The notes under the pieces: model-generated | What the model was told of the DNA's origin: nothing | The model's input: the letters and a program-made list of their open reading frames with translations, nothing else | Database searches by the model: none | In this document: in pieces, positions 60,691 to 64,000 of the stretch | How positions within the stretch are numbered: position 1 is the stretch's first letter | Layout: every line of letters starts with the position of its first letter | Translations under genes and position numbers: made by a program | DNA from: Marsupella aquatica | Taxonomy: Eukaryota > Plantae > Marchantiophyta | Length of the DNA stretch: 64,000 bases | Reading direction: 5' to 3' | Assembly (NCBI GenBank): GCA_973895155.1 | Contig: OZ316898.1 | Span: forward strand, 14,290,330-14,354,329

Positions 60691-61719
60691 ATGGCAACAA
60701 ATAGATCTCTCATCAGCTCATCATAAGATCAAGATGGCCCAGCCCCATCTCCTCCATCACCCGATCCTCCCTCCCCCACCATCTCTCCTCCTCCCCAATT
60801 GCTCTTCTTGTCTCAGCCTTACACAAAAAGCCACAAAGAACATTGTCAAAAGGAAGGCCCAAAGCGTGGGTTTTCGCACCTGCATCGGGACTTCAGGTTT
60901 TCAATAACTCCTGCAAAGTCCGATCAATCCCGCATCGGAATGTCCGATGCATAACGTATGGGATCTACAATTGGACATTGCGTTACGGGTTGTATTGGAC
61001 CCCTCATAGAATTCATTGGACCTCTTCAATGGCTTTCCCAAGTGATTTGTGATGCTTCTCCTTTGGGTTTTATATATATGGGAAACTTAGTTTTAAGGCT
61101 TAAATAATAAGGGGGTTTGAATTGGCCTGCTGTGTTGGGTAACTTGCAATATGAGTTTGGCTTGGATATGGGGTTTGGTCGGGTTTAGGGTATTGAAATT
61201 TTATGGCCGTGCTTGAATTCAGGTTTTGTAGGGCCATATATATACCTCAATGGGCTGGCGACCGTGTGCTGGGTCCTCTTGCAAGTTCTTTTTTGTGGAT
61301 TCAATTTTGGGGTTTGTACTTGACTTCAAATTTGTTTGGGGGAATATATGCTTGGTTATCCCTGACTCAAAACTTTTGGCTCATTTCTTCTCGCTCCCAC
61401 ATCCGCTTGCTCCCGAGCAGTCCACACTCTGTATGCATATTTGAATTTCCCAAGTCAGACTAGAAAAATAGGTGAGAGTCATATATCTTTTTGGAAATGA
61501 CAAGGATGAATCCCAAATGGGATATGACGTATCCGGTTTGGGATTCAATCTTCAAAAATCCAGTTTTGGCATGACAAAATATGAGAAAATGATGTTGGAT
61601 GCAAAGTGGGATACCGGATATGAAGCTCTTGGTTGAAAAATGCAGGAAATTTTAAAAATGGGATAAAGTGTTTAGGGTTTAGGGCTCCACTAGTGAATCA
61701 CATTCATTCAAAATCAAAA

Positions 61720-62890
61720 GTCACTTCCAAAGAGCTTTTTGATGTTGGTAACAGTCATCATGCATGACAAGACTACGTTGAAGCTGGATGCGGTGAAGGC
61801 TACAGTTATTCTTGCATAATGGAGCAAGCAACATCTATCTATTTGTGATGATGAGTGTCTTGTCTTAGTGGTTAGAGGTAGATCAACTGAGCGTATTGCG
61901 GATCAATCTAGGTCTAGATTTCATAACAAATCTAAAACTAAGTCTTGTGGTAAGAAGGTTCAATGTTGACATTGCCATGAGAAGGGCCACACCAAGTGGT
62001 CTTGCCCTTCTTTGACCAAGCAGAAGCGTCTAGGTACTTCTGATGGTGCATCTTCATCTTTGACTGGCATAGTGATTGCTAATCATGAGGATGGTGCTAA
62101 AGCGCTATGTATTGGTGTTGTTAATTGTGTGTATGACGATAAATGGATGTTGGATTTGGGTTCCTCTTATCACGTGTGTCCAACGTGTCTTATAAGTTTC
62201 AGTTCAAGTTCCTACCATTCTCATGAGATTCTTGAGTATGTACATTTGGATGTTTGGGGTCGAGCGCTGGAGCCGTCATTAGGTGGAGCCAAATATTTTA
62301 TGACGTTTGTAGATGATTTACTCTTGAATGTGTTGGTTGTACTACATGCTCGGGGGTTTCACTTCCACAAAAATGGCACATCACGTGCGACAAAGTATAA
62401 GGTCAATTTATTGGTTTGAAGGGAAGACTTAAGAATTTTTGTAGAAGAACAATAGGGTCCTTTAAATTCAATTTTGAGACTTATAAGAACATTAGGGTCT
62501 TTCTAACCAAATTTTTGGAATATTCCAAGAATATTCCAACTTTATAGGGATTGAAAAATAATATTTTTTTTCTTACATTTTAGGGGGTCCGAGGCCTAAA
62601 AACGTCACAGGGGATGGGGAGACATCCATATAGTGAGACCCCCGAGACTACATGATGGAGAAGTCTCAAGTATTTGAGATCTTCAAGGAGTGGAAAGCCA
62701 TGGTGGAGCTACAAATTGAGAAGGAGTTGAAGTGTGTTTGGTCAGATACGGTGGCGAGTATAAGTCCAATGAGTTTGACCAATTTGGTCAGGACCTTGGC
62801 CTCAAGTGTTGTTACATTGTACCGGAGACCCCGCAACAGAATGGAGTGGCACAACGGTTGAATCAGACATTACTGGAGGAGGCTCACTTT
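61720..62890 (+). pseudogene. Ty1/Copia remnant (gag knuckle, protease, integrase)
   Basis: HCHEKGHTKWSCP, WMLDLGSSYHVC, LEYVHLDVWG..SLGGAKYFMTFVDD, KSQVFEIFKEWKAMVE, GGEY, TPQQNGVAQRLNQTL. Confidence 0.9.
62349..62646. mobile_element. 298-bp MITE of the P-like family
   Basis: TIRs CTCGGGGGTTTCAC / GTGAGACCCCCGAG; 8-bp TSD ACTACATG at 62341-62348 and 62647-62654; both ends are homologous to the ends of the element at 1-9716. Confidence 0.93.
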
Positions 62891-62999
62891 GGTCACTCCT
62901 TTGGGTCAACCAAGAGGCCTCACTTGATAGATTGATAGTTCTAAAGATTTCTCCCAAACTGTGCCCAACTGTGGGTAGAGTTGTCCAATATCAATATAT

Positions 63000-63560
63000 A
63001 TGGTGATTGTCTCCTCTTGAACTCCACATCTTTGCAAAACTCTTCCTGATACATCACACAAGCATCCATTGACAGTGATTGGGCCTTCTGCTCCAAATGA
63101 GTTCACTTAATTGGCACTTTCTCCAATGTTGGTTTTTTTTTTGTGCACTTGGTCCACCGCCATGAGAACTCTGTCCAGTGCGTTTCTTAGAAGAAGTACG
63201 AGTCCCAATTATAGTGGTCCAGATGTGCTGATCCCCCAGTCAGCGTTGTCCCCTCTTAGGATCTCCCAACCTCTGACCCGCCGGCAAATATCTGGGTAGC
63301 AACAACTGTCTTCCCAACAGGGCCGGAGCTTGGCCAGCCCTAGATAGTGAAGGCCCCTAGCTTATAGGGACTAGCTATATAGTAGATGGACCAGACTTTG
63401 GAGGATGCACATTCCTCTTCTCATCAGCTGACACTTTCCGTAGAATCTTCTTTGACTGTCGAATAGCAATCTTCAATGTGCTAGCATCACAGGGGGGTTC
63501 ACTAATTTTACTTGGACTTAACTTGCTGGTATCTAGGTCACCACCGGGGTCACCACTAAA
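63000..63560 (-). pseudogene. Possible highly decayed LINE (L1) RT C-terminal remnant
   Basis: Weak motifs KVWSIYYIASPYKLG (like KV.W..I..P...GGLG) and QRCGVQEETI. Confidence 0.25.
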
Positions 63561-64000
63561 CAAAATTTATCGATGACAACAATGTGGTGAACTATGAAAT
63601 AAGTTTAGGGCGACCACAACATAATTCTGGTAGGAATTGTTTTACAACTGACTATTTCTATGTTCCTAGAAAGGGTACGTTGGAATATTTAGGGTTGAAT
63701 GTGAACTAAGACCTGTGAGACACGTGTTAGCTTTTGCATTTCTCTCAGCTTTGAGTTTCAAAGAGAAATCAAACCTTTTCTAATTTTTTAAGTTTGATCA
63801 AAACCACAACATTTTATCAAATCAGTCTTTTTGCAACACCTTTAACTTGAATTGCATATTATAATGACCTACTTGTCTTGCAACTTTCCTTTGCAACATT
63901 TCTTGATGCCAAACTAAAGCCAAGCCAAACAAACACAACCACAAAAACTAGTAGATCTGTACTTTTTGTTTCACATTCCTATAGAAACAATGGCTTTTCC

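Overview
Eukaryotic, plant-like (probably a seed-free land plant; inference) heterochromatic window made almost entirely of nested transposons. No clear host gene, RNA gene or CRISPR array was found. (1) <1-9716: a ~9.7-kb DNA transposon. It encodes an apparently intact, one-intron 1490-aa transposase with P-element/THAP9-type DDE motifs, plus an EDM2-like composite PHD-finger gene. Its end sequences match a 298-bp MITE at 62349-62646 that has an 8-bp TSD. (2) 10563-25509: a full-length non-chromovirus Ty3/Gypsy element (minus strand, TSD CACGC). Its LTRs (4600 and 4123 bp) each contain a ~1190-codon ORF (PMD/Transposase_32-like domain plus coiled coil), and it has a -1 frameshift signal between gag-pro and pol. 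Two solo LTRs of this family with their own TSDs lie at 30478-35116 and 38404-43006. (3) A second, decayed P-like copy (PHD at ~26.3-26.9 kb, transposase from 27285) is split by a 31.5-kb CACTA/EnSpm-type element (27774-59313, CACAA ends, TSD CAG) and resumes in frame at 59317. The CACTA element carries a Transposase_21-type gene, a PMD-like/SNF2-RING helicase fusion gene, an RPA-like OB-fold ORF and a SAM-like gene. (4) Right end: a MITE with a 4-bp TSD, Copia remnants and a possible LINE fragment. All domain calls are from motif recognition by eye, not database searches.
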